Below are positions 42,132-55,949 of a stretch of 64,000 bases of DNA, piece by piece. The translations under genes were made by a program, and so were the position numbers. Source of the DNA: Eledone cirrhosa (taxonomy: Eukaryota); assembly GCA_964016885.1 (NCBI GenBank), contig OZ024747.1, positions 19,654,001 through 19,718,000 of the forward strand, given 5' to 3'. Under the pieces are notes generated by a model. That model did not search any database. It was not told the DNA's origin and saw nothing but the letters and a program-made list of their open reading frames with translations. Position 1 is the stretch's first letter. Each line of letters begins with the position of its first letter.

Positions 42132-43161
42132 ATTTACCTTTGAGATAGGTTAGCAAATACTATTCGCCTTCCACCCACATCTAATTTCACTCTATATCTC
42201 TTTTATTCTATCTTCCTCTGTTTCTACGTTCTCTAACGTGGCATGTAAAATTGGTTCAATCGATATATTATGTATTACATGCTGGTGATTTCATAATTTA
42301 CTAAGTGATATGTCTAGAAATTATCTTCTACACAGTAACCGGGATTTGTTTCTATATTCTAAGATAGAAACTGCATATATGGCTGTTTCATTTCATTATC
42401 ATTATCAATGAAAGTGTTCTTTATTTGATGGAAAACACATCCATATCACCTCGGTACTCCTTTTACTGGGTTAATTAAGGTTAATCAAAGTGGGATGAAC
42501 TGGTATGACATTAGTATAAATTGATAGAATGGCCGCCACTTTTGTTGATAACAGAGTTGTCAATTAGAAAATTATTTTCATTTACAAATGCATATTTCAA
42601 ATATGTGCATACTGTGATTTTTGGATTATTACGCCTGCAATTATAATTATATCTTGACCCATGCTGGAACAAATATAGCTATCATGATTTCTTTCAAAGT
42701 ATGTAGGCCCTCTTTATAAACAACATCTAGGTATTTAATGCATACAGCTAATATAGAGGGGTCAGCTTCCTCTTCTTACACCAGGTGCATTAGATGAATA
42801 CAATATGGGTAAGAAATGACATATTTCTCTGATATAGTTTGCTCATGCTAGATGTCGCACTGTTCTGCCATTCCCATTTTGTTTCAAACTCTAAACGTTC
42901 GGTGTATATGCTAATGAACTACCAGGATAAAACGTACACAATTGTTACTGTTGCTGTACAAATCCCATGTATCACCTAAGATAAACTATAGTAAAACCAC
43001 ATTACTTCTCTGGCCAATTTATCTTTCCCCAAGCATAATATGTGGCTGTACATTTTTCAATTAAACTGTCATTCTATTTCTAAAACACACAACCCACTCG
43101 TTAGTTCGCGGTAGTGACTTGAAATCCAACGCTGCCTGTCCGTTGTGTGTTTACAGTAAAG

Positions 43162-43355
43162 ATAATTGTTTCTACATTTGGCACAAGGCCAGTAATTATC
43201 CCAGTACATTACTGGTACTTTATTTTATCGACCGCGTAAGGATGAAAGGCAAAGTTAACCTCGGTGGGATTTGTGTTCAGACCATAAAGGAACGTAACTC
43301 TTTGCTGCAAAGAATGGCGTCCGACTCTCTACCGATACTACCAATCCACCACCCC
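43162..43355 (-). mobile_element. SINE with target-site duplication
   Basis: TTTACAGTAAAGATAAT on both sides. Confidence 0.9.
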
Positions 43356-44519
43356 TGGTTTACAGTAAAGATAATGCTCTGGCAAGATCTTCTATAAATA
43401 GATGTAATATATATTTCAAATACAAAGAGAAAAAACAACAAAACAAACGGGGAGATCTCAAGTACAATATAAACACACATCCATATGTTGCAGAGGATTA
43501 GAATTGTTTCTTTGTTTTAGTGAATCACGCTAAAGACATATACCTCAATAACAGAACACCAAAATAACGTCCCAAAACGTAGAAACATCTTCTGTTCGTT
43601 TAGATGCATTTACTTAAATCTTTCTGGAAGCGTTGTCTGACATTGCATAATGTAGAGTCATTTTCATGAGGATAGTTTAAATTGTGACTAAATGCGAACT
43701 AATAATATTTCTAGAAGATTTCAGTTTGATTACAGCGTATAAAATATATTGTTGGCTTTAATAATTTGAAACAATCAATGATGGGAGTTAGTATAATATT
43801 GAGTCATCAATTAATGAATGAATCAATTAATTAGACACTATCTATCAATTATATACATCTGTGATTATTGGTAAGTACCTGATATACATAGATTCCACAA
43901 TCAAGAACTGTTTGTTTCTTTTTCAAACCTATATCAGTGTGGATAATTATTTAACATAATTATTTAATTAAACATGTAAAAACATCGTCCCTTCGAAGGA
44001 AGCAGATCCCTCATCGGGAACGCCACCTGCTGCGACACATTCTCCACCTCCAGCTCAGTCGCTTCGGCCAGAAACCCCGGCACTGCGGCCCGCCTAGCAG
44101 AAGAATGTAAAATAAACAAATACCGGGGTTTGTCCGGCCGCTTCCTCTTCGCACTGGTCACCGTCGAGACCTCAGGCGTACTTGGACCCTGCCGAACTCC
44201 TCCGCAAGATCCGAACGTCGGCGGCCCGTCTGAGGAGGGTACCCGCGGAATTGCTTTTGCCGTCTTGTCCGCGAGGCGCAGCACTTCTACCCTCTTGCCC
44301 TAGGCCCAAATCGCAGTCAGTCGCCCCTCACCCCTCCCTCTTCTTATGCGACACCAGAGATCTTGCCGCCTCCACCCATTCCCGTTCTTTTTCTTCTTTC
44401 TTTCTCTCTTTTTTCTCTATATTTCACTATTCTTTCTTTCCTTTTGTTTCCCTTTTTTATTATTGCCGTCATTATAGAGAGTTGGACACCATGCTTTGCA
44501 GCATAGAGTTACGGCCCTT

Positions 44520-45219
44520 TATATCCTCTCTCTCTCCACAGATCCTGCACAGTGGTCTAGCCTCCTCCTTGTAAATATGGTGTTTCAACCACTTCGTTTT
44601 GAGGGCCTGCTCTTGCGCAGCCATTAACATTCCTTCTGTAACCTTTTTAAGGTCTCCTCTTTTCAACCAGTTCCATGTCTGTGGATCTCTGAATTCAGTT
44701 TTCTCAAAGAAGGTACTATGAAGGGATTTTTCCTGAAGGCTGCTCTTTCTCCTTGTTGCTATTTCCTCCTTGGACATCCCCTGGTCTATTGTCCTCTCCT
44801 TCAGTACAGTTCTGAGCATTGGCTCCTTACTATCAGTCACGTATTTGTGTAGGTTGTTTTTCTCCATCTGAACACAGTCCTCTATGCTGATAAGACCTCT
44901 TCCACCTTCAGATCTCCTTAAGTAGAGTCTATCGACATCACTCCTCTTGTGGAACATGTTGTAGATAGTCAATAGCTTCCTAGTCTTCCTATCCATTTCT
45001 TTTTGTTCAGCAACATTCCATCTCAGAATTCCCGCACTGTACCTAATAATAGACACAGCTCGGGAATTTACTGCACTTATGGCATTCCTACTGTTCAGAT
45101 GTGACTTTAATACGCTCCTTACTCTCCGAATGTATTCAGTTCTTATCAATTCTTTCATTTTTTTGTTCTTGATGTCATCAGCCTCCAGAACACCCAAATA
45201 CTTGTATCCTTCTTCAGTG

Positions 45220-45221
<2 letters not shown>
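44520..45221 (-). mobile_element. R4/Dong-like LINE fragment (RT C-terminus to zinc knuckle), 5' end abutting (TAA)n
   Basis: YKYLGVLEAD...AVSIIRYSAGILRW...DRKTRKLLT...DVDRLYL.RSEGGRGL...LMAAQEQAL.T...CRICG; uninterrupted frame. Confidence 0.9.
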
Positions 45222-45286
<65 letters not shown>

Positions 45287-46595
45287 TGTAAATAATATCA
45301 TGTTTATACACTTTTTATCTTAAAACATCGTTAATTATATAGTGCCATCAACTTTAAAGTAGATATTTGCTAACCATGCAATATATACAATTAAACCACA
45401 CTTAACATCATCAAACATTTAAAGTTGAAAATTTATGTATGGAATACTCAACGCAAGATATACCACTGGAAACTCACTCTCGTCAATATGCTACCGACCG
45501 AAACTATTAATACATTTTTTGGCTTATTTTTCTTTCAACATGATATCCGTAATATTCATTTTAAATGTATATACACGCGAACGTGCACGATGTGTGTTAC
45601 ATAGTGTATGTTTGAGGATATACGAAGACATACCAATGTTGTTGTATTTCAAAACGCTTCTGTGATTGGGGGTGATATAAGTCTCATCTGCGCTCAACAT
45701 TTGCATAAGAGCTTGCAAATTACAAGTGTCAGGTGGTAAGGTTATAAATTCTGCATTTTCACCTATAATCCTGTCCTTTCTTCCATCAAACTTTATATTT
45801 CCTCGCTTCTCTCTTCCTGTTTCTTTCTCACCAGTATACTATTTCCTCCATATATATTTCTACACTCACTGTACTTTGGTAAACTTTATTTTGAACTCTC
45901 ACAATGTTGATTCATGTTCTCTCGTTCTATTTGTATTGTATATATAACACACACACATAACACGCAAGCCTAAGTGTGCGCAAACCCAGACAAACACAAA
46001 GACGCACGCATACACATATACACATACACGTGTGTATGTGCGGAAATTTATTGATATTTAAATACCTTATAATCTTACGATATTTCAGTATGAATAAATG
46101 TTTGCTCAACACAATGTGTAGCTATTTGCAAGAGAAAAAAAAAACAACTTTATCCTGAAATCACCAATGTACATGCATTATTTTTAAAGAGACAGTGAGA
46201 GGCTGCTATGGAAAGGTCATACATTGGACTACTTAGAATCTGTCACAATCGGTATACTCAAATCGAGTTAAGAGATACTTCTAATATGGAGAGAGATATT
46301 TAAGTAACGGGAAACAAAATACAAAAGTTTGAACACTGACCAAATAGAGTAACGTAAACAAAAAAGAAAAAAACCTGCCATACTACATCTGAAGATGAAA
46401 AAATACGTTATCATATTCTACATAAACTCTTAAACAGTTACATTCTGCTTTACAAAGAAAAAATATGCCACACATTTTTCAGCCAGCTAAATTATAAATA
46501 CCATAACAGAAAACAAAGAAAATAATTAAACTTCAATAAATAAGTAAAACACCCCACCCCACACACAAAACAAACACACGCGCGCGAACACACAC

Positions 46596-46711
<116 letters not shown>

Positions 46712-46728
46712 GCACACACACACGCACG

Positions 46729-46760
<32 letters not shown>

Positions 46761-46830
46761 CACAAATACACACAAACACACATACACACACACATACACA
46801 TACACATACACATACACACGCACGCATGTA

Positions 46831-46888
<58 letters not shown>

Positions 46889-46904
46889 ATAATGATAAAT
46901 TTGA

Positions 46905-47089
46905 AGACTAAAATCCAAAGAGGGGTCGATAAGGATAAATATATATCAAATATATCAGAACCGTAGTACCAAATATTTATTAACATAACAGATTAAAGTT
47001 TAAGCAAAGAATCGCTGAAACTAAGTCAGTTTCAGAAGATCCCGTTAAGGGTGAAAGCACCGATTCTTTGCTTAAACTTTAATCTGTTA

Positions 47090-47096
<7 letters not shown>
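46905..47096. repeat. Minimal palindromic derivative of the 4795-5545 PLE pLTR with an intact CAGAAGA hammerhead (47028-47078, +)
   Basis: agttt CAGAAGA tccc gttaa gggt GAAA gca ccgattctt tgc TT aaact; (TA)n on both sides. Confidence 0.85.
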
Positions 47097-47133
<37 letters not shown>

Positions 47134-47137
<4 letters not shown>

Positions 47138-47493
47138 TAAACGGAATAGAAAATGCTGACAAATTGTTCACAGTTGAAAAATGGTTTAGTTAGGAATAAA
47201 AGAGTATTAGTGATTGTATGGGTTAGTATTCAGTTGTGGTTTTAAGTTTTTAAGTTTTTACCGGTTGCGCATTTCTAAATGCTTTTCAAAAATAATTTTG
47301 AGATAGAGTGTCCGTGTTGTTTGCTCTGATCTGATTAGTTTTGGGAATTCTACCTGTTTTTATGTTAAAAAACTTAAAAACTTAAAACCACAACTGAATA
47401 CTAACCCATACAATCACTAATACTCTTTTATTCCTAATTAAACCATTTTTCAACTGTTAACAATTTGTCAGCATTTTCTATTCCGTTTACCAA
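47134..47493. repeat. Element with approximately 127-bp inverted arms and a degenerate U3-A8 hammerhead (47256-47292, -)
   Basis: TTGGTAAACGGAATAG... / ...CTATTCCGTTTACCAA; minus strand ttt TTGAAAA gcattt ag aaatgc GCAA CCGG TA aaa. Confidence 0.85.
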
Positions 47494-47528
47494 TATATAA
47501 TAACTTGTGTGTTACACCTCTATTCTTT

Positions 47529-47577
<49 letters not shown>

Positions 47578-47645
47578 GTACTAAGAAATAGGACTAGCAG
47601 TCATAAAAAGACAAAGTTGAGATAGCCAATGAGTTTCATAGTAAG

Positions 47646-47753
47646 TTTTAGTATGTTGAAGTGCTGTATTTCGGTATGTTGAAGTGCTGTATTTTAGTAT
47701 GTTGAAGTGCTGTATTTTAGTATGTTGAAGGCTGTATTTTAGTATGTTGAAGC
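47646..47753. repeat. 23-bp minisatellite, about 4.7 units
   Basis: TTTTAGTATGTTGAAGTGCTGTA repeated. Confidence 0.9.
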
Positions 47754-50700
47754 TGGTTCAGCAACGCATTTATGAGAGCCTGAATATCCGAATGGTAAAT
47801 ATATAACTTCGTCAAAATCACGAATGCATGTTTATATTGTACCGTCCTTTTAGAAGATTTCAATATACACTCACTTGTGTAACTAACTTGCATGCAGTTA
47901 ATCTGTGATTATTTTTTATTTACCTCGGTAATTATGCTTTTTACATCTGTAAACATTATACCATGCTAGCAAAGTACCAACGATATAAACATTGTAACAA
48001 GAGCCTATTTAAATAACATACGTGTTATGGCTGCAAATAGGATATGCTTAGTCTAATCTAAAGTTAATAACATATTTCTCTCACAACCTCCAACACAAGA
48101 TTAATCAAGTCGATTCATATAACAGCCTACTGGTTTTATTTGATTAACGCATATATCTACATTTTACAATCAGAAGTAACTTATTCTGCTGATCAAAAGT
48201 AACCAATATTAATCATGATATCATCTAAGCATGGCTAATTCAGTAGTCGACCAGAAAATTGCAATTTCATTGAAATATTTCAGCTAGGATTATAGCCTCT
48301 ACATGGTCGTTTGACATGCTAGATATATCAGCGAAATTGCAATGAATACGCCACGTTATTCAACACGAAGAAAACATTAACTACCAGTTTCCTGAAGGCA
48401 TTGTATTAAAAGAACAACAGAAGGGTTATGCATGGTACCCAAATAATCATAAATAAGTTTCAATGGTGGGGACGTAATGTAAACAACCAGAGTAATAAGG
48501 TTGTTTACTTACGTGCTTTCAACAAAATAACTTCAGAACTGTAAAGTAATTTTTTAAAGATGTATAAGACTTTAACGCAAATGAAACATCAGAATTGATC
48601 AATGTGATAAAGCTAGAGTTAAGCCTAAAGTTAACAAAACAATCTGTTAATTTACATAAATTCAACTCGGTAAAAAATAATAAGGAAAATTGACAGAAAG
48701 AAAATTAAACAAAGAGAAGGGGATAACAGGCAAACATTTCAATGTAACATAAACAGAACAACAAAAGTTGAATATAATTAACATTACTAGCAACATTTTC
48801 AGTAGTCATACTATAGCAAATGTGAGAAAACCATATTTAAGTAACGGACACGAGTTTTAAGCGCAGCTTCTACTGCTATATAAATAAATAGTTTTCCAAA
48901 TTAGCGAAAATAAACTACATAACAGACTATATTGAAATACAAAAGAGATCAGATCACACAACGGAAAGCACGCGTTTTCCACCGGTATCTTGTCAGCCTA
49001 AACCTTCCTTCTATCAAACAACAGATAAATATGTGAGAATCCCAAGCTCTCTATATCTCAGTCCAAGGTAAAATTAAACCCCAAAACCTTAAAGACAGAA
49101 GGCTTTAATAAACAATTGTATTCAATAAATCTATAACTGTACATACCCAGAATGTGGAAAATTTTCACAGTTAAAGTTATTATAAAATACGCAATAATGC
49201 TCTATACCCAAAGATCTATCTTTAATGGCAACATATGCAAATAATTTGTCGCTAACATTTTATAAATGAACAGAAAATGTACATAAAATAATCTCAGAAA
49301 TTATCATAAAAATTTGTCTTAGGAATTGGCAGCCATTACTGAAACCACTCACAAAAACAAAACAAGAACAAAAACAAAAAATAATCTTAAAATATATTCT
49401 AAAGTTATACAGGCTCTCATCCACTCGTTTTACATTTTACCTTTACAAATTGTCTACACATCTACATTAAAAAACGTCGTACACAATAGCATGTATCCAT
49501 TATTCCTAAATGTAGTTGCCCAATTCTTCATAAACTACATCAGTCACCTAGAAAATTACCTCTACACAAATATACTAAAAATGCTACCTACTCAATATAC
49601 TGTCTCTCTTCTCACTAGTAACACCAAACAGCAGCAGTTACAACTATCATTCTTACATATAATTTACGCATATTCGTTATGTATAGTGACGCATACATGT
49701 TGATATGTGTAAGTATTTGCATGTGTATATGTTAGTATGGTCATTATATTTCTTTTTTTAGCAACTTTGTGTAGCGCTAGTTTTCAAGTACTAGAGTGCT
49801 CCTAATTATTTCCCTATTCCATTCAATATCTCTCCATGCTACTTCGAAATCTCTTGATCGATGCTAGTCCCTCCCTTACCAAGTTTCCAATCATTAGATA
49901 TGGAACTAACATGCTGTGATGCCTGCTGTTTGAAAATGGAATTTCTCCTTGGTCCATAATAAAAGACCGTCGATTTTACATACGATATATTGGCAGAAAT
50001 TCATTCCCAGGACAAAATCAATATACGAGATGACATCTTTTTACCATTTTATATTTGCTGGTCTAGCTTTGGAAAAGTTTTTGTTTTGCTTTGTTTTTAT
50101 ATTGTTATTGGGGATATTTTTCAATACCTATTATTGTTTTCACTGTTGTTTTTATTTTTATTTTCGTTTTTGTTAACCTTCTTTGCTTTGGATATATATT
50201 CATTTGAAACAATAATGACAAAGATGATTGTTGCCATGAGATGTATGATTGAGTTTGATTGTGTGTATCTTTCAAGCAATACAGGAGAGATTAAAAGAAA
50301 GTGTTTGTCAGTATGACAACAGAATAACACAAAAACCATAGCCGTGAATGCATGATATATGAATCAAATGAAAAATAGCTTCGGGAGAGAATAATAGAGC
50401 CTCCCTTCTGAATCCAAAATGAGTGATGAATTGTATACCGATTGCAAATTGTATCTGGCATGAATAATCACAAAGAATCGAACAAATAATGGAAGGTTGA
50501 AAATAAATATAAAATATAAATAAAGAAAATCAAAAGAAAAATAGATAATAACACATATCATGATGACCAAAGCATACATGCACCAACAGTTTCAATAGCT
50601 TTCTGGACAAGGTAGTCATTTTCGTTTCCCGTGGATAGCGTGTTTATATCCCAGTGGCCATAAACATTTTATTTCGTGTTCCGCACATGCTGAAATTTTA

Positions 50701-51514
50701 TGATGAATAGATAGATAAATAAATAGATAAGTAGGTTAGTAGAAATATAGGTAAGTATATAGGTATAGGCGTGTGCTTTTTGGGATTAGTGTGTGAGTTG
50801 TTGTTTTGGGAAAATGCACAGGTATATATGTAGGAAAATAAAACAGCCTCTTATGTATGCTACAAAGACGAAATCTGCTTGACAGATAATTATGCGCGCA
50901 GGTAAGGCGAATGTATTGATAGGAAGGTAAGATGTAAAGTAACAATTTAAGTGGAAGGTTTGAAAATCAGTTTATAGAGAGTGAGATGCTTTTTTATTTC
51001 ATATGTGTTTATTAGTACCATAGATAGCCGTTTTCATGATGTTAAGTCAAATGAGATACGGAAAGTTACATGATGATTGCCAATATTTTGTGATGGAGTG
51101 AAGAACTATCCGCAGAGCAGAGATGGTCTTTTTCTGGATTTTCTGAAAAATATTGACTTGTGTGAGAACTCAAAGAAAGGTAGAGAGGGAACATCAAAGA
51201 AATGCAAATATTGCCGTAAAAATTAGTAAAGAGAGGGGGGGGGGGGGCAGGTGATACAATGAAAATAAATGGGGAATGCTCCATATGGTAACAACAGGGG
51301 AGAAGAAGAAACGAGACGCAAACGAAGAATTTTGAGGAATAAGAGGGTAGAAATGAGGATAGGACATACATAATCAAAAGAAGGAACAGAAAAACCAAAA
51401 CAGGGAACGAGAGGAAAAGATTAAAAACAATCTTATAAGAAAATTAATATAAAATCCGAAAAAAAAAAAAAAAATGAACCTATATATATTGAACACATAT
51501 AAATTAAAGCGGTG

Positions 51515-51828
51515 GAAAGATATCGAATTGGCAAAGGTCCTTAGAGCACGGTATAGAATGCTTTGCAGTATTTCTTTCGGCTCTTTGCACCCTGAGTTCA
51601 ATTCTGGCCGAGGCTAACTTTGATTTTCTCTCTTTTGGGGCCAATAAGAAGTACCATGTTTTTACTTTTGGCAAATGGCCAGCAATTACCCCAGTGCATT
51701 ACTGGTGCTTTATTTCATTGACCCCATAAGGATGAAAGGCAAAGCTAACCTCAGAACGAAAAGGGCCATAACTCTATGCTGCAAAGCATACAGTCTGACG
51801 CTCTACCGATACTCCCAAACCACCGCCT

Positions 51829-51830
<2 letters not shown>
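51515..51830. mobile_element. Tail-to-tail SINE pair (plus copy about 51515-51655, minus copy 51657-51830)
   Basis: GAATTGGCA...GAGTTCAATTCTGGCCGAGG followed by the reverse-oriented consensus. Confidence 0.75.
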
Positions 51831-51862
<32 letters not shown>

Positions 51863-51869
51863 AACAACA

Positions 51870-52500
51870 ACATCAGGTTTGATGTTCAGTGGTGAAAATA
51901 TGATTGTTTCTCTGTGAACCAAATGCTTTTGCTGGTCTTATTTTCTTCCACCACCATATTGTCTATCAGTTGGCACTTTTTTCTCACTGAGGTGTTTCAG
52001 CGGCGTTAACTCAATGGTCCAATAGGAGACAGACGTACTTGGTTTATCTACTCTGGTAGCCCAGGATAATGTTGATTATCTTCAGCTCCACACAAATTGC
52101 CTGTTGTTGATCTCCGTGTGATATATTATCTATGAATTGAGTGAATGTCTCGTGCTCATCACTCATACCAACTGTGTGACCAATTGGGGTTGATCTGTAT
52201 CTTGCTATTATATAAAACACATCTGAAGCTCCATTTGGAGCTATCTATGTATAACAACCATTCACTTGATACCAATTCCAATATATCCAGTTTCATCAGC
52301 AATTCTCACACGTTGTTGCAGAAAACAAAATAGTTCTCGATTGAGAAGAGCAATATTTCCTTCATTTTTGCCTCCTGGTAACAGTATTTCTTTCTGACTG
52401 GAAGCTAACAATTCAGACGATATCTTCGAAAGATTTAAGTCCGTTATGAGGTCATCCAAATCGTTGTGACTAAAACCTTCTGCATCTGGTGCGATATACA
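51870..52500 (-). pseudogene. Decayed DNA-transposon transposase (Chapaev3-like; family name assigned from memory)
   Basis: FSHNDLDDLITDLNLSKISSELLAS...ICVELKIINIILGYQSR*TKY.C...LVHRETIIFSPLNIK resembles F.Q.ELNDLVRDL.LSK..ELL.SRL / ICGDLK..LLG.Q.GYTKY / ILLPPLHIKLG. Confidence 0.65.
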
Positions 52501-53099
52501 CATTTGACTAGTTTTACTTTGACATAGGTAAAATATGGTCCTTTACCAAAATCAGTAATAATTTTTATCTGTTCAATGAATGTATGCTCTCCTCAATTAA
52601 AGCTACAAAAAACAAAACAAAAAGAAAACAAACAAAACAAAAAGAAAACAAAAAAAACATCAACAACAACACATGGATGATTTAAACACTGTCTTCGTGC
52701 ATCTCCATATCAACGTTTGTAACAGGAAGGAAGTCTCGTTAGTACATACAACTTTCTAATTAGCAAAACATCAGCTAAACTTTAGCTACATTTAAATTAT
52801 CCTGATGCATTGAGATCTAGGAATATCTGATAATACAGAACAAGTAGAGCAATAAAATAAGTAATGAAGAATATACGGAATCTGATCTAAAATCCCAGGC
52901 ACTGAGAACAAATCATTTATTCCCCAGGGTTATACACAAATAGATAACCAACTGTACCAGTATTATGTTCAATCAATGAAGGGAAATTGTAATGCCAAAT
53001 GAACATATTTGAAGAATAGCTTTCATCGTTGCTGCTGTTATTTAAATCTTATTATGCATCAATCGAAGGAAGAAGAAATCTGACCCAGTATTTCTATGT

Positions 53100-53245
53100 A
53101 AGTGGCGGTGAATTGGTAGAATCGTTAGAAAGCCAGACAGGATCCGTTACAGTATTCCTTAGGGCTCTCTGCACAATGAGTTTAAATACCACCGAGATCG
53201 ACTTTGTCTTTTGTCATTTTGAGATGGAAAAAAAGTACCAGTTCA
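53100..53245 (+). mobile_element. Diverged SINE
   Basis: GGCGGTGAATTGGTAGAATCGTTAGA...GAGTTTAAATACCACCGAGATCGACTTTG. Confidence 0.75.
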
Positions 53246-54441
53246 GAACTGTTGTCGTTTCTTCTTCTTTGTTTGTGGCTCCATTCCCATCTGTCACTAT
53301 ATCTCTCTCTCCTGTTCTGGAAGAATTAGCTGTTCCGACCTTAAGTGTGTGATGGTCTACACCAGGTTGTAAATGCCTAACGTCACTTCGTGTCCACTTG
53401 GACTCTATCAGGAGTTACAGAACCACACATACCTTCTAATGCTGTCGATTCCAGTGCGTAATTCATATTTAGTATATTGAAATTGAGTATATTGATAATT
53501 ATACGAGGTAGATTGATCGTAAACTGCGGGTAATTACATATGGTAACATGGTAACAGTAATATTAAAAAGTTTATGGGCAAAAATATCGACATTTTCTAA
53601 TCAGTATACTGAACAGATATTCCTTAATAACATTAATTCTGATTCTCTCATTTATACCACTCAGTTCTGTCATCTACAATTTAATTATACACTAGTTGTT
53701 TGCTATTAATCGCAGTTATATTATGTAACTAGTGAGGAATTGAATCCATACCATGCAGGTTTGAATACATATCTTTACATGAAAAAGGTGGTAGGTCAAC
53801 TAAACGCCATGCATCTTAGTTTCGTTCAAATCACTATATAGATACCTTGTCTTTAACGACGTATTATGTATGAATGGGTTCTGAGATAATTTGTCTTAGG
53901 AAGCAATGGATTAGTAATTCACAATAGCTGTATTTCTCTATGTATTGGCTATATAGTTGACTAGACGTCGTTAAACTAAGATGAGAGTTATATTGCAGTT
54001 AAACTGTTTAATAATACTTGGTCTTACTGTCGACTCTGACAACAAAAAGTAGAATAAAATAAACATATTTCGAGTAGGCAAATGATAAAGAATTATTAGT
54101 TTTTTTTATGCCTGGTGCTTCAAATAAATGATTTTTTTTTCATTTGGGAAAGCTCGACAAGAAGCAGTTATGTGTGCTGGGAGTTTTAATGTTGTAAATT
54201 TGGTTGTTTATTCTTCCCTTCAGTATAAAAGCTTATTCGATTTCGAAAATAGAGATTCTGCAATAAATATCGTCAAGAATATACACTGAATACTAAGAAC
54301 TATAAATTTAAATTATTCTTCGTTCAAGATCTAGCAGAGGTAACAATTACTTCATTTCTGCACGAAATAATTCTGACTAAACATAATATATTGCGGACAT
54401 TTCGAAAACAAGTTGCCAATGGTAAGATTCCTTAAAATGGT

Positions 54442-54503
<62 letters not shown>

Positions 54504-55949
54504 TTACTTGTATTGTTAGCTATTATTTTCCTTCGTTTCTATTTTGCTTCTTATAATGTAGTATGGCGGCAGAAAAAATATAAATTTGTTCTATTCAGTT
54601 CTGATTCAGTTAGCAGTTTATTTCTGCTTAGTGTTGCTCAAGGGATGATTCGTATAAAACAAGCAAATTGGTGTGTAACAACAGAGAACTTCAGTTTTCT
54701 TTACGACTTCTGTCTTGTAATTTAACCAGAACTTTCAGAAACATCTTCATGAAAATATGAATATGCCAAAGATATTGAAAAATTATTTGTTGTTTGAAAT
54801 CGTATTATTATCTTAAAAGGTAAGGATTGATGTTGTCTTAGAAACAATAGTAACATTATTTTACCACGAAAAGACTCCGGTGAACCCCAACCTTACTTTT
54901 CCCTTCCCTTTTCCGTTAAAAAACTTAGCATTATAATTGGGTTTATGTAGCATGAACTGAATTACATATATACTTTCCTTTGAAAGAACAATGGTCTGAA
55001 AAATTCTCTCATTGTAATAGATGCATTGAATTACGAATTATCATATCAAATTCTTAGGGGGTCATAATTTAATTAGTAAATATATTCAGTTGAGTATGTG
55101 ATATCAGGTCACGTGCATTTATATTACTTTCTCTATGATAGCTGGGAATGTGAAAGTGAGAAATGATGACTAACTTGCTCCAGTTGAAGGACAGAAGAAA
55201 GACAGTGAAGTGTTTATGTAAAAAAAAAGAAATGTGAGATTGTTGAGAGAAATCTTATGTCTGTGCATTGGAGTATGTGTGTATATGTTGTTTGTGATTT
55301 CTTTGACAGAAGATGTTGAAGAAAATGAGATAAGATAATGGTGGTCTGGTTTGTTGTTCTATTTTTAAAGTTTTGCTGTTGTTGCCGCAGTTTCTGTAAC
55401 AACGGCGTTTGTCTTACTGCTACAGGTTTTGCTGTCGCTTAAAATAATACTGCTTTTTTTACTGTTCATGCTGTTGATATTGTAGTGGGCTGTTGATAGA
55501 AAAGGAGGTTTGTCCCCTCTCCATATTTGAAAAGAACGAAAGCACTTTGATATATCTCGTAACCATCTAGCGATTTGACAGTTATCCGCAGTCAATTTTG
55601 TCTTTGTTGTTTATTCTCTGGTTAACATAGGCTGAATAAAATGCAGGAACACCAGGAGATGGTGCAATAATGCACCAGGTTCAGAACTTATCAGAAGAAA
55701 CGAGGGAGGTGTAAAAGTTAAATTCGGTGTTTGTGCTTACTCTTTCCTATGGCCACGCGTCTTTGGTAATGACTGAAAGAATACGATCACGAGTATAGCC
55801 GGACGAAGGTTTTTCAGAGTATGGTTATACGATAGGTTGCGAAGCTCGGAATTTAGGGAGGGTGTTTTTCCAGCTAAGTCCGCTACCTCTCCGATTCAGG
55901 GTTTCACGGATCCGGTACTAGGGATGTGATTAGAATGTCTAAAGAAAGA

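Noticed and set aside
49840-50000. Minus-strand peptide ending ...DWKLGKGGTSIDQEISK*
   Set aside because: In-frame stop upstream with no acceptor or start; no motif
55365-55630. Ser/Thr-rich minus-strand ORF and a nearby acceptor
   Set aside because: Stop immediately upstream in the long frame; the acceptor frame gives only about 15 codons
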